Shown in pieces: positions 26,880 through 36,061 of a stretch of DNA of 49,774 bases. This stretch comes from a virus (taxonomy: Duplodnaviria; Caudoviricetes), in IMG/VR virus record IMGVR_UViG_3300024254_000002, positions 1 to 49,774 of that record; one strand, written 5' to 3'. The notes below the pieces were generated by a model, which was given only the letters and a program-made list of their open reading frames with translations, was not told the origin of the DNA and did not search any database. Position 1 is the first letter of the stretch. Every line of letters begins with the position of its first letter. The position numbers and the translations under genes were made by a program.

Positions 26880-27340
26880 ACATCCCGAAAGGCGCCAGAG
26901 AACTTGGAGTAATCCTCGGGCTGCTGGTTCAGGTTGGCAGTGTGTGGTATACTGCTGGCCGTATCGAGCAGCGCATCATTGCCCTAGAGGCCCGTGTGGG
27001 CCGGATTGAGACACATGAAGATTCCCGGCTTAACAACCCTCAGACGAGCCGCCTCGGCCGTCAATCCTATCCCCAAAGTGGAGAACGTAGTCGTGAACGC
27101 AATCATTCAGGACCTAATCAAGAAGTTCCTGTCCAGTGGGCTGAAGAGCGTGGCAACGGCCCTTATTGGCGCTTTGGGTCTTATGCTTGGGGCGCCCGCC
27201 CCGTCGGACCAGACTGGGGCTCTTATCTGGACCGTAGTCTTAGTCGCTATCCGAGCCCTTATCAGCGCTCTGACTCAGTTCGTTCAGAAGTATCAGGCGG
27301 CGAACGCCCTCAAGGCGCTCAAGCCGTAACCCATGAGTGA
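26876..27340 (+). CDS. Membrane-anchored protein (N-terminal TM plus short coiled coil); ORF extends across the holin
   Basis: LGVILGLLVQVGSVWYTAG then RIIALEARVGRIE; GTGA coupling to neighbours at both ends. Confidence 0.55.
   Translation: MNIPKGARELGVILGLLVQVGSVWYTAGRIEQRIIALEARVGRIETHEDSRLNNPQTSRLGRQSYPQSGERSRERNHSGPNQEVPVQWAEERGNGPYWRFGSYAWGARPVGPDWGSYLDRSLSRYPSPYQRSDSVRSEVSGGERPQGAQAVTHE
27015..27329 (+). CDS. Putative holin (2 TM)
   Basis: Two hydrophobic helices and a basic C-terminus, directly upstream of the endolysin. Confidence 0.65.
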   Translation: MKIPGLTTLRRAASAVNPIPKVENVVVNAIIQDLIKKFLSSGLKSVATALIGALGLMLGAPAPSDQTGALIWTVVLVAIRALISALTQFVQKYQAANALKALKP

Positions 27341-27846
27341 AGACACCAGACCCGAATCTGCCCCTAGAGCAGCAGGACGAAGACACCCTGCTAGCCATGC
27401 TCATCTGGGGCGAGGGGCGTGGCGAGCCAGCCATTGCAAGAGTGGCTATAGCCCACGTTCCTCTGACACGCGTACAAGTGCGTGCGGCATCTGGCAAGGT
27501 ACCTTCCTATTCACTGGCTCAGACGATTTTGCGCAACGTGAATGGGAAGGTCTATCAGTTCAGTTGTTTCAATCCCAGCGACCCCAACCGCGAGAAGCTC
27601 CTCCATCCAATCGAAGCCGAGGGCCTCGGGTTGTGGGCTGCCTGCTGGACTACTGCTATCGAGGCCATTGAAGGTCGGAGCGTGAATCCCGCCCCGGGAG
27701 CTACGCACTATGTGGTGCGACGTCTCTGGTCTCGCCCGACGGCGGTAGGCCGCAGGCCCCTCTGGTTCGAGAAGCCCAACGTCGACTCCGGCGTCACCAA
27801 GTTTGTCGCCGCCATCGCTAACCATATCTTTGCGAGGACCGCATGA
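27337..27846 (+). CDS. Endolysin, cell wall hydrolase (Hydrolase_2/SleB-like)
   Basis: IWGEGRGE, YQFSCFN, GATHY, IANHIF. Confidence 0.88.
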   Translation: MKTPDPNLPLEQQDEDTLLAMLIWGEGRGEPAIARVAIAHVPLTRVQVRAASGKVPSYSLAQTILRNVNGKVYQFSCFNPSDPNREKLLHPIEAEGLGLWAACWTTAIEAIEGRSVNPAPGATHYVVRRLWSRPTAVGRRPLWFEKPNVDSGVTKFVAAIANHIFARTA

Positions 27847-30254
27847 AAAGGACGTTCAAACGCTGGCTCGGCGCGGCGGCACTGGCTCTTGGTTTGGGCT
27901 TTGTCAAGCCAGAGTCGGTGGCGGCGGTGGCCGGTATCACAGTTGATAGCATCAAGACATATCCTACCTACCACAATGTCGGCGTCCGCGTCTACTACAG
28001 CGGCGACGACGATAGCAACTCCGTCTGCACTGGGTTCGTGTGGAAGCCGAACGTAACCAATGATAGTACGTCGGTTAAGGACACGATGTCCTTCTACCGC
28101 GTTAGCCAGTCAAACGTAATGAGTTCAGTGGCCAAGCGGTTCTGGGCCACGAGCATCATGTGGAACGGGCAGGACACCACCGTTAAGTTTGACGTGGCCG
28201 TGACAGATGCTGGTGGCTGCACTAACTGTCCGAAGGCCAGCCCCGGTTATCTCTCCAATGCTAGCTGGACACCCAACTCTGGTTATGGGTCAGTTCAGAC
28301 GTGGAAGGCGCCGAACCAGATTGTGGTCGGGAAGCAAATCTGGATGGGCCCCTACGGCGATGACTTGAATAGTGGGTTAGACGCGGCGCATCCTAAGCGG
28401 ACGTTCAATGGTGCACTGACGGCCATGACCACAGCCGGTGACCAGCTTAGACTACTCTCCGGCACGTACTACACAATGCTTACGGACTCCTTGTATGTGA
28501 GTCCAGACAGCAAGAATGGCGCTGGGCCCAACGCCCGATACAGTGTCGTCGGCGAGCCGGGTGTAGTCATCAGTGGGGCGGACACAGTCGCCATTAACGC
28601 GGCTAACTGGGTTGGGCAGGACATGGGTGGGGGCATTGTTGGCTACTATGCTGACTTTAGCACTAACCCTATTTGGCCCAGAGGAATCGTCATTGGCGAC
28701 ACGGCCAGACTCTATCCGTACCAGACGCAGGCTCAGCTGGCTGCCGATTCACAGCATGTGTTGCAGAGTGTGGGTGGGGCATTCTGGGTCGCAAAGGATG
28801 GGAAGACTGTCATTATCAGGCCGGGCGACCACATGGCTACTCACGGAACGGGAGTGGGAGACCCGCTATCTCAAGACTTAGATGATGGTAGTGCACTTGT
28901 TAGAGCGTTTAGGAAGGACGGCGCCTTCAGGATTGAGAGTGCCTTCTGGCGTATCGACTCGCTGACCTTCAGGGACTTCGGAGCGGGCATCCATGACAAC
29001 TTCCTGACTGGTGGTCCTGTTGCCATGACCAATCAGGGAGGTCTAATTGAGAACTGCGTCTTCAAGGATAATGGTAGGCCGCCTATCTCCTTCCGCTACT
29101 ACTTCGATGGGACGCAACTCAGAACACACGGCAATACAGTTCAGTACTGCCAGTTCCTAACGCATACATATGGGCAGACATGGGGTGGTGCAGCGAATCT
29201 AGTTGGCTATCTAAATACTTCTGCCTTGGGATGTACGGCTGGACCGGATAGCCTTGTGTGCAATGAGGCCAGCAAAATCTGGCCGGGCATTTTCCTAGAA
29301 ACTGGGCGCGGCCATGTCATCCGTTGGAATACAGTGCGTGGAGGGTCAGACTCCTTCGTTCGCTGCCCACAGGGGGATGATGCCAGCCCAGATACTCTGG
29401 GTTCTGCCTCTAGCGACTGCGACGTCTACCAGAATGACATCCTAAACATGGGGGATGATGTCATTGAGCCGGACGGCACTCCCGGCATTAACAACCGCGT
29501 TTACAAGAACCTGATTCGTGGCGGCCACACCGGCTTTAACTGGTTCATCACAGTCGGGCCCTTCTACTTCGTCTATAACACACTTATCAATACCGATGCC
29601 TTCGTTCTACCTCGTGGTACGACGGCTCCTCGTGGAGAGCCTAGCGGCCACGTAATCATCGCCAATAACACGGCAGTCTGCAACACAGGCGATGCCGCCG
29701 CCCTCTGGGCCCAGCCGCAGAATGGAGTCAGTAATCAGTACCGCAACGTCAAGGTCTACAATAACCTACTCGTTGGCAAGACCAGTGCATGGTATGAGGC
29801 TGGAAGCGTTAGCAAGAACGAGTTCAACTTCAATGGCATCTACGTTCTGAGTGGGACCGGCTTCTCTAAGACCAACTACTCAACTGAGAGGACACAGACT
29901 CAGTTAACTGCTTGGCGCGACAGTAGTTATACGCAGGGTAAGCAGGACCGCTGGCTAACCAGCCTGTTGTTTGCAGATACTACGCGGGCTGGTGGGGTGG
30001 ACTATTCACCCACTGCGGCATGGACCAAGGTGTTCAGGACGAATGCCACAGACTCGGCTGGTCGGTCGATGCCCGGCATCAACACGAACATCAAGCACGC
30101 TGTCTCCAGCTGGAAGAACAACACCAGTGGCAGCAGCGATAGCACCTACTACGGCGCTTGGAAGGTGAACGGGATGCGGCTAGAAGGGCTACTCCCGGCT
30201 ATTGCGGTAGTTAGCAGGCACGGCTTCCTCTGGCGCTTCTTCCACCTTCAGTAA
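27843..30254 (+). CDS. Signal-peptide-bearing right-handed beta-helix protein (polysaccharide lyase-like)
   Basis: MKRTFKRWLGAAALALGLG..VAA; GDDLNSG..HPKRTFNGA..AGDQLRLLSGTY; Asn-rich repeats (VYQNDI, VYKNLI, IANNT, VYNNL). Confidence 0.8.
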   Translation: MKRTFKRWLGAAALALGLGFVKPESVAAVAGITVDSIKTYPTYHNVGVRVYYSGDDDSNSVCTGFVWKPNVTNDSTSVKDTMSFYRVSQSNVMSSVAKRFWATSIMWNGQDTTVKFDVAVTDAGGCTNCPKASPGYLSNASWTPNSGYGSVQTWKAPNQIVVGKQIWMGPYGDDLNSGLDAAHPKRTFNGALTAMTTAGDQLRLLSGTYYTMLTDSLYVSPDSKNGAGPNARYSVVGEPGVVISGADTVAINAANWVGQDMGGGIVGYYADFSTNPIWPRGIVIGDTARLYPYQTQAQLAADSQHVLQSVGGAFWVAKDGKTVIIRPGDHMATHGTGVGDPLSQDLDDGSALVRAFRKDGAFRIESAFWRIDSLTFRDFGAGIHDNFLTGGPVAMTNQGGLIENCVFKDNGRPPISFRYYFDGTQLRTHGNTVQYCQFLTHTYGQTWGGAANLVGYLNTSALGCTAGPDSLVCNEASKIWPGIFLETGRGHVIRWNTVRGGSDSFVRCPQGDDASPDTLGSASSDCDVYQNDILNMGDDVIEPDGTPGINNRVYKNLIRGGHTGFNWFITVGPFYFVYNTLINTDAFVLPRGTTAPRGEPSGHVIIANNTAVCNTGDAAALWAQPQNGVSNQYRNVKVYNNLLVGKTSAWYEAGSVSKNEFNFNGIYVLSGTGFSKTNYSTERTQTQLTAWRDSSYTQGKQDRWLTSLLFADTTRAGGVDYSPTAAWTKVFRTNATDSAGRSMPGINTNIKHAVSSWKNNTSGSSDSTYYGAWKVNGMRLEGLLPAIAVVSRHGFLWRFFHLQ

Positions 30255-30264
30255 GGAGATACAA

Positions 30265-30693
30265 ATGCCCGTCCCGGCCTCAACCCACATTTGGATGCTA
30301 GATGCTGGTGGTTCAACTACTGGCTCGCCGCCGACAGCAGCGGCGGCCGGTTATCCAGCCAACTACTACATCGTGATTGATGACATCCTGCTGTCGATGA
30401 CATCTGGAGCTGCGGCAGATGTCTATGTTACGGTCAAGGCAGATGACACTAACGTTCTTATGAACATTGGGAAGACCTTCCTCGCCGCCGAGACAGACAC
30501 CTTCCACCTCCCCTTCCCGAAGGGATTCGTCCTACCCAAAGCAACAAAAAGCGCGACTGGTGGAGGCCGCATTGATGTACATAAGGAGGGAGCCTATACC
30601 AGTAACGCGTTATTCACGTTTGTTGGCTCTCCTGCGGCAGGCATACTAACAGTCTCTCTGCGGTACCTGTCACCGGCTGAGATTGGAGTCTAG
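30265..30693 (+). CDS. Hypothetical beta-rich protein, paralog of the next gene
   Basis: AAGGAG RBS; colinear similarity with 30702-31127. Confidence 0.75.
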   Translation: MPVPASTHIWMLDAGGSTTGSPPTAAAAGYPANYYIVIDDILLSMTSGAAADVYVTVKADDTNVLMNIGKTFLAAETDTFHLPFPKGFVLPKATKSATGGGRIDVHKEGAYTSNALFTFVGSPAAGILTVSLRYLSPAEIGV

Positions 30694-30701
30694 GAGCCAC
30701 T

Positions 30702-31127
30702 ATGCAAGCACTCAAGGCTTCTCCTCACATCCTTACAGTGGATGCGGTGCTTACTGGAGTTACTCTACCGACTCCAGATGGTAGCTTCAAGCTACCAGCC
30801 AACTACTTCCTCGTTATCGACTCCATCACTTGCTCACTCGTCTCTGCTGGAGCAGAGTCAGTAGGTGTTGAAGTTTTTAACGATGAAAACATCTCTGTCT
30901 ATAAACTGGCCCGTGATATTGGGGCGAATACACGGGACGTTCTTCACGTCTCATTTCCACGAGGCTTAATCATTAGTAAGCAGACGACTACACCCGGAAC
31001 TGGACAGACATTTAGCTATCGTGGGATGGGCACATACACGCCGAGTTCATTGCTGTTTGTTATTGGGTCGCCATCTACGGCAGTGGTTACGCTGACTTAC
31101 CGGTACGTGGCGCCTTCGGACTACTAA
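30702..31127 (+). CDS. Hypothetical beta-rich protein, paralog of the previous gene
   Basis: AGGAG RBS; PANYFLVID vs PANYYIVID, FPRG vs FPKG, GSP..RY..P. Confidence 0.75.
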   Translation: MQALKASPHILTVDAVLTGVTLPTPDGSFKLPANYFLVIDSITCSLVSAGAESVGVEVFNDENISVYKLARDIGANTRDVLHVSFPRGLIISKQTTTPGTGQTFSYRGMGTYTPSSLLFVIGSPSTAVVTLTYRYVAPSDY

Positions 31128-31290
31128 CGACAACCTCCTCAAACATCTCAGCAATGTGGGCACCCAGCTTATTCAGGCTGAGGTTTCCGCCCTGCTGCTG
31201 AGCGATGTGATAGCCTTCCTGAATCTTCGCCTGAATGGCAGCTGAGAGACTCTCTCGCTGCCATTCGCGCTTTACCTGATACGTCGCCAT
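31087..31290 (-). CDS. Small hypothetical protein (67 aa)
   Basis: Starts 1 nt after the thyX stop; convergent overlap with the last late gene. Confidence 0.55.
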   Translation of the reverse strand: MATYQVKREWQRESLSAAIQAKIQEGYHIAQQQGGNLSLNKLGAHIAEMFEEVVVSSPKAPRTGKSA

Positions 31291-31291
31291 G

Positions 31292-32017
31292 TCAGACCTT
31301 TGGGTTCGGGGTAACAACACAACCATCTTTGATTTCGAAGTCCATGAAGCTGTTCCGGGCTAGCAACTTCATCTCTTCCGTCCACATTACGGCAAGTCGT
31401 CTGAACTCCGCGTCTGCGTGAGGACTGCCCCGCAGTGCGAGCATCTGACGGAGCGCCCGGACATTTCCTGTGACAACGATTCTAGTCGCTGTTGCGTTTG
31501 GTAGAGCAGCCCGCGCGCACTCCCGACCTCGCTTCGTATCCGGTAGAGCCTTGACGAGAGTAGCGTACTCAGCGGCAGCGAAGCAACAGAAGGACTCGAA
31601 CTTTGCTCGGGCGGCGAGATTGCCCTCTTCGAGGAGGAGAGGCGGGATGACAAAGTCCGGCTCCTCCGTGACGTATCTCTGCGAGAGCTGAGAGAACGAT
31701 AGATGTCTGTGGCGTACAAGTTCATGAGTAAGAGAACGGCTAATGCCACGAATGCCAAAGGTGAAATTAGCATGCTCAAGAACAGAGCCGTGACCGCTAG
31801 CCAGAATGTTTTCCAAGTACTCGGCATTCGTTTTCCTGCCCTTTCCATAGCTCCAGTAGCAGGCCCTGCCAGCCGTCTCGGCCAGCTCATCAGGCGGGCA
31901 GTTTAGGTAGGCAGCAGGCCAACAGGAGACCTGAATGGTATCGTTCTGCCAACCATGCGTGCTCTGTGGCCATGGGGTGCAGAGGACGTGGATTTCCGGG
32001 GCCTCCCAGAACTTCAT
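31292..32017 (-). CDS. thyX: FAD-dependent thymidylate synthase
   Basis: AGRACY, GHGSVLEH, ISRSLTHELVRHRHLSFSQLSQRY; AAGGAG RBS before MKFWE. Confidence 0.95.
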   Translation of the reverse strand: MKFWEAPEIHVLCTPWPQSTHGWQNDTIQVSCWPAAYLNCPPDELAETAGRACYWSYGKGRKTNAEYLENILASGHGSVLEHANFTFGIRGISRSLTHELVRHRHLSFSQLSQRYVTEEPDFVIPPLLLEEGNLAARAKFESFCCFAAAEYATLVKALPDTKRGRECARAALPNATATRIVVTGNVRALRQMLALRGSPHADAEFRRLAVMWTEEMKLLARNSFMDFEIKDGCVVTPNPKV

Positions 32018-32820
32018 CGCTGCTCCTTGAACTGCTGGCCAGTGGAGGAGACCAGCCGGGCGTAGGAACCATTCGGGGGGGCGGGGTTGCCCCAACTCGT
32101 AACCTTCTGGTCTGGCTCAAAGGGAACATTGTGGTAGTAGAGCATGTAGGGGCAGTTCACGACACTGATGCCAACCTCAATGCTCTTCTGGATGAACATA
32201 GCGTCGCGGAAGCCTTGGTTGTTATCGAGGATGAAGGTGGTTCCGGGATAGGCCGGACTCTTCAGGGTGCCCTTCTCCGGAGGTGTGGGGAAACCGCCAA
32301 GGTCTAGGAAGACCTCCCGCTTAACGATGAAGTTGCCCAGCGTGCTGTCACAGGGTTGCCACTGACAATAGGGGCGGTCGTTCCAGCGACACCAGACGAT
32401 GTCCGTCCCGAAGTCCACCGCCCACTTGAGCATTAGCTCAAGGTACTTCGGGTGGTAACTGTCATCCTGACTCATGAAGGCCAGCCAGTCGGAGCTGGAG
32501 CGCTTGGCGAACTCGTTGTGCTTGCGGTAGCCGAAGTCCGGCTCGCCCGGGAACACGTCGCTATAAACCACACTTAGGCCCTTGGGCGGACTCCATTGCG
32601 GGCAGGTGCCGGACATGCCAACACAGACCTCAGTCGGCAACAGGGTCTGGGCTGCTATGTTCTTTAGGATGCTGTCCGGACTGCTGTCGTGAATTGCGCA
32701 GATAATCGAGATTGTCGGGGACGGTGTCTGGCTGCTCGCTATAGTCGAAGGGGAAGTAGCCAGTTGGCCGTTTATCAAAGGCTCGACACTTGGGACAACG
32801 CTCGGAGCAACACTTTCCAT
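32014..32820 (-). CDS. Glycosyltransferase family 2-like (GT-A)
   Basis: ISIICAIH, DWLAFMSQDDSY (DxD-equivalent), late GFRDAMF. Confidence 0.75.
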   Translation of the reverse strand: MESVAPSVVPSVEPLINGQLATSPSTIASSQTPSPTISIICAIHDSSPDSILKNIAAQTLLPTEVCVGMSGTCPQWSPPKGLSVVYSDVFPGEPDFGYRKHNEFAKRSSSDWLAFMSQDDSYHPKYLELMLKWAVDFGTDIVWCRWNDRPYCQWQPCDSTLGNFIVKREVFLDLGGFPTPPEKGTLKSPAYPGTTFILDNNQGFRDAMFIQKSIEVGISVVNCPYMLYYHNVPFEPDQKVTSWGNPAPPNGSYARLVSSTGQQFKEQR

Positions 32821-32832
32821 GGGGACAATCCT

Positions 32833-33168
32833 CTAGGCAGTGGGACATTTCTTTGTCCAGCCGGGCCATTGGCCCTGTTCACAGGTAAGCAGAATGAGGG
32901 CGTAGTTAACGATGTCGTAACAGGTATCAGCGATGGACTCGTCTGACTCGGTCGCGCCCTTGCCCTGCATGACCAGCTGGTCCAACCGAGCTAGCTTGTC
33001 ATCCATGCGGACGAGCACGCCGACCGGGCCACGGCGAGCGATGTTGCCCGAGCCGTACTTCCGCTGTCGAGCCTTGAAGATATCATGACAGCGAACGAAG
33101 TGGTCCGCCATGGCTTGCTCAAGTGTGGGCTCACCAGAGGCGCCATCACAGACGAGAGTAGTGGTCAC
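32833..33168 (-). CDS. DUF1599 / nucleotide-modification-associated domain protein
   Basis: RQRKYG, GVLVRMDDKLARL, ESIADTCYDIVNYALI. Confidence 0.85.
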   Translation of the reverse strand: MTTTLVCDGASGEPTLEQAMADHFVRCHDIFKARQRKYGSGNIARRGPVGVLVRMDDKLARLDQLVMQGKGATESDESIADTCYDIVNYALILLTCEQGQWPGWTKKCPTA

Positions 33169-33404
33169 AGGATGTCCTTGACTTTTGAGTCGCGTCGGTT
33201 AACGATATTGATACCATAGACTTGTCGTTCTGGATTAGCTTGCTCGGCCAGCTCGATGGCTTCGGTGAAGGAGCGAGCCCGGACATAGATGGTTGGATAG
33301 GGCTGCCCCATGAAGGACGCAATTGGGTCCTGCTCGTGGAAACTGGACTCCCGGGGCATTAGGGAGATATGGTAGAGCTTGTGGCTGAAGAGGTCGTGAG
33401 ACAT
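33165..33404 (-). CDS. Hypothetical protein (79 aa)
   Basis: GGAG RBS before MSHDL; IYVRARSFTEAIELA. Confidence 0.6.
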   Translation of the reverse strand: MSHDLFSHKLYHISLMPRESSFHEQDPIASFMGQPYPTIYVRARSFTEAIELAEQANPERQVYGINIVNRRDSKVKDIL

Positions 33405-33604
33405 GGGTTCTCCACTCCGTGAACGATGTTCTTCGCATCGCAGTATAGCCGGGCATCGGTATAGCAAGCGTCAGGCGTTGGATAATCCGCGGTCCAGAAA
33501 CGGCGAACAAAGCCTCTACTAGCCGGATGCTTGGCTGCTCCGACTACCACCCACGCCATGATGGTGTCGGGGCTATAGCCGGGCTCAGGCCGCAACTCGT
33601 ACAT
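33359..33604 (-). CDS. Hypothetical protein (81 aa)
   Basis: Fills the gap after the polymerase gene, with short overlaps. Confidence 0.5.
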   Translation of the reverse strand: MYELRPEPGYSPDTIMAWVVVGAAKHPASRGFVRRFWTADYPTPDACYTDARLYCDAKNIVHGVENPCLTTSSATSSTISP

Positions 33605-35870
33605 CAGTCATTTCTCCCCAGCTAATGCGGCTGGACTTGGGGTTGGCCGGACAGGTGAAGCCGGGCGCAATTTCCGGAAACTCCTGCTGCATGATGTCCA
33701 CGATGCCAGCCAGAGCGGCTGTTTCGTGCTCCACGGGAACCTCCATTAGGACGTCGTCGTAGACGGTCAGGAGCAAGTTGCCGTTGAAGCCCGAAGCGAG
33801 CCGCTCCAGCTGGGGCAGCATGGTCCAGAGCATGATGGCACCAGTGCTCTGGATGAGGGTGCTCATCGCGGACGGCGCCGGGAACTTCTGGTGCGGGAAG
33901 TAGCGGCGGAGGCCGAACGGGTTCTCGACGTACCTTTGCGCTTGGGCGGTGGCAAGGACTCGGTGACGGTAACCAGCGGCCGCAGAGTAGGTTCGGTCGA
34001 AGCCGGCCAGAAGCGCGTCACACTCAGCAAGGGAAAGTTTGTATCCTTTGGCCGCGAAGGTATTCTGAAGCGTTCGTCCTCCGGCCAGATAGCTCCAGCC
34101 GTAGAAGGCGTTCTTGGCTCGGACTTTGTCGATGCCGAGACGTTCCGCGTTACGAGAATGGATGTCTCCGTTACAGTCCTCAAGGAGAACTCTATCTCCG
34201 GAGAGCCATCCCAAGATGCGAGCCTCTTGCTGGGCGAAGTCAGCCCCAACAAAACACATTCCCGCGGATGGACAATAAATGCGTCGGGCACGGGTGGGCT
34301 GGTTGAATAGATTTGGGTCCTTAGCAGTGATGCGCCAAGTACCTGCAATTCCCTTGCCAAGTAGGTCCTCATCCTTGTAAGCAGGGACAAAGGACGGGTG
34401 TACCCGACCATCTCCTCCCACCGGCACCAAGGCATAAGTCTCCAAGTCCTTGAGACTCCGCTTAACGGATTGTAGAAGGTCCAGAAGAGAGGCATGTTCT
34501 GGATAATCGGTCCGGAGGCGAGACAGAGCCAGCGAATCGGTGGACTCGGCGCCGTCTTTGTTGTAGGGGAGGTCCATCCCGAGCCGTCGGAATAGGCCCT
34601 TGAGTTGGTGAGGGGAGTTAGGACTGACGCCGCCTGTGCGGCTTGTCCAATCTGCGAGAAGAAACTCCGACTGTTTGCGGAGTTCATCGACCCACTCAGA
34701 GCGGCGGCCCTCGTCCAAGCGGATGCCACAGCCTCCCATCCGGATAAGGGTCGGTAGGGCGGGCATGATGCGCCCAGTGAAAAGGGCATGCTGCCCAGTG
34801 GTCCGAAGCTGCTCATCTTCAACCTCCCAAAGTTCATAAGTGCGGACGGCATCAATGGCATTATACTTCGCTGGGTCTTCCTCGTCTAAGTGCTTCCATC
34901 GAGGGCAGTCGAGATATAGAGATGCGGCAGCGTTAAGACCTTTGGGGAGGTCTGGCTGGAGGAGAGCAGCGGCCAGCATTGTGTCGAAGACGGGTCCGGT
35001 AATAGGAGCACCAGCTCCCCCCAAGCGGGGGATGTCAAACCCTCCGTTGTGAAAAAGCGCGAGCGTCCCTTCCCGGGCCAGTAGGGTCCTGACCAAATCT
35101 CTGGCAGTGCTAGACCAAGGGATAGAGAAGGCGTCGTCGTCCTTGGCGACCCCGAGTCGGGTGATGCCATTGCTTATGCCTCCAGTTTCGATGTCAACGG
35201 CGATGACTGGACTTCTGGCCCAGAGGGTGGCAACTGTGGAATATCCCTGACGGGCCGGTCGGAGTTCCCCCCGGAGCGCGCGCCCCGCTTTCTGGACTTG
35301 GGCGTTGAGGATAGGGGCCGTAGCAAGCCCGGTACGAAGAACACCCGCAGGGTGGAGGGCTGGAATGCAGAGTCCCCGGAAGGGCGGGGGCGGTGTGGTT
35401 TGCCGGACTTTGACGAGGCGCGGGTCGCCTTTCCGGTGATTCTTGGTGTTGGTCTTGTACTCTGTATGAACGAGCACAGTGCGGTCCATTGCACGGAACT
35501 CAGAAGGAGAAAGGAGGTAACCACCCCACGCGTTGATGCCGCCGTCAAGGCCAGTGAAACGTCGGAAAGCGTCCCCACCAAGCACGAGAGCGACCCGTCC
35601 GCTGAAGTCTGCAACAGCGTTATCAAACCGGTCCCACCAGTCGGTGAGTTGGTCTTTGCTCGGGCCACCGGTCGACGCTTGCGGCCACTCGCCGATGATG
35701 TTGAGGATGTACGTGTCCGCACGGTCATAGCCAGCTCGCTTGAGCATGGACCAGAGCAGGCGACCTGCTGGTCCGATAAAGGGTCGGTCGGCCTCTAGCT
35801 CCTCGCGTCCCGGAGCCATGCCAACAATCATCAGTGGAGATGTCGGGTCACCCTCACGCCAGCAACTCAA
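33585..35870 (-). CDS. polA: Family A DNA polymerase with N-terminal uracil-DNA-glycosylase-like domain and 3'-5' exonuclease
   Basis: UDG4-like IVGMAPG..RPFIGPAG..HPAGVLR; exo AVDIET, HNGGFD, DTMLAA, YNAIDA; motif A DFAQQEAR, motif B RAKNAFYG, motif C VYDD. Confidence 0.93.
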   Translation of the reverse strand: MSCWREGDPTSPLMIVGMAPGREELEADRPFIGPAGRLLWSMLKRAGYDRADTYILNIIGEWPQASTGGPSKDQLTDWWDRFDNAVADFSGRVALVLGGDAFRRFTGLDGGINAWGGYLLSPSEFRAMDRTVLVHTEYKTNTKNHRKGDPRLVKVRQTTPPPPFRGLCIPALHPAGVLRTGLATAPILNAQVQKAGRALRGELRPARQGYSTVATLWARSPVIAVDIETGGISNGITRLGVAKDDDAFSIPWSSTARDLVRTLLAREGTLALFHNGGFDIPRLGGAGAPITGPVFDTMLAAALLQPDLPKGLNAAASLYLDCPRWKHLDEEDPAKYNAIDAVRTYELWEVEDEQLRTTGQHALFTGRIMPALPTLIRMGGCGIRLDEGRRSEWVDELRKQSEFLLADWTSRTGGVSPNSPHQLKGLFRRLGMDLPYNKDGAESTDSLALSRLRTDYPEHASLLDLLQSVKRSLKDLETYALVPVGGDGRVHPSFVPAYKDEDLLGKGIAGTWRITAKDPNLFNQPTRARRIYCPSAGMCFVGADFAQQEARILGWLSGDRVLLEDCNGDIHSRNAERLGIDKVRAKNAFYGWSYLAGGRTLQNTFAAKGYKLSLAECDALLAGFDRTYSAAAGYRHRVLATAQAQRYVENPFGLRRYFPHQKFPAPSAMSTLIQSTGAIMLWTMLPQLERLASGFNGNLLLTVYDDVLMEVPVEHETAALAGIVDIMQQEFPEIAPGFTCPANPKSSRISWGEMTDVRVAA

Positions 35871-36061
35871 AAGGGCCTCGGAATTTTGGGCAGGAAGATG
35901 GGCGTGATTCTGTCTGGCATGAGGGCTGTGCCGTAGGCCTCGTGGTAGTCTGAGGTAGCAAGGGCAAAGGCGTCGAAGGCCAGTGGTCGGTTACAGTAAC
36001 ACTGGCAGCGGCCTAGGCCACACTTGGGGCACTTGTCTCGGCAGCAGGGATAGTCGTTCAC
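35867..36061 (-). CDS. Small Cys-rich protein (64 aa)
   Basis: CC..CPKC...CQCYC; 4-nt overlaps with both neighbours. Confidence 0.55.
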   Translation of the reverse strand: MNDYPCCRDKCPKCGLGRCQCYCNRPLAFDAFALATSDYHEAYGTALMPDRITPIFLPKIPRPF

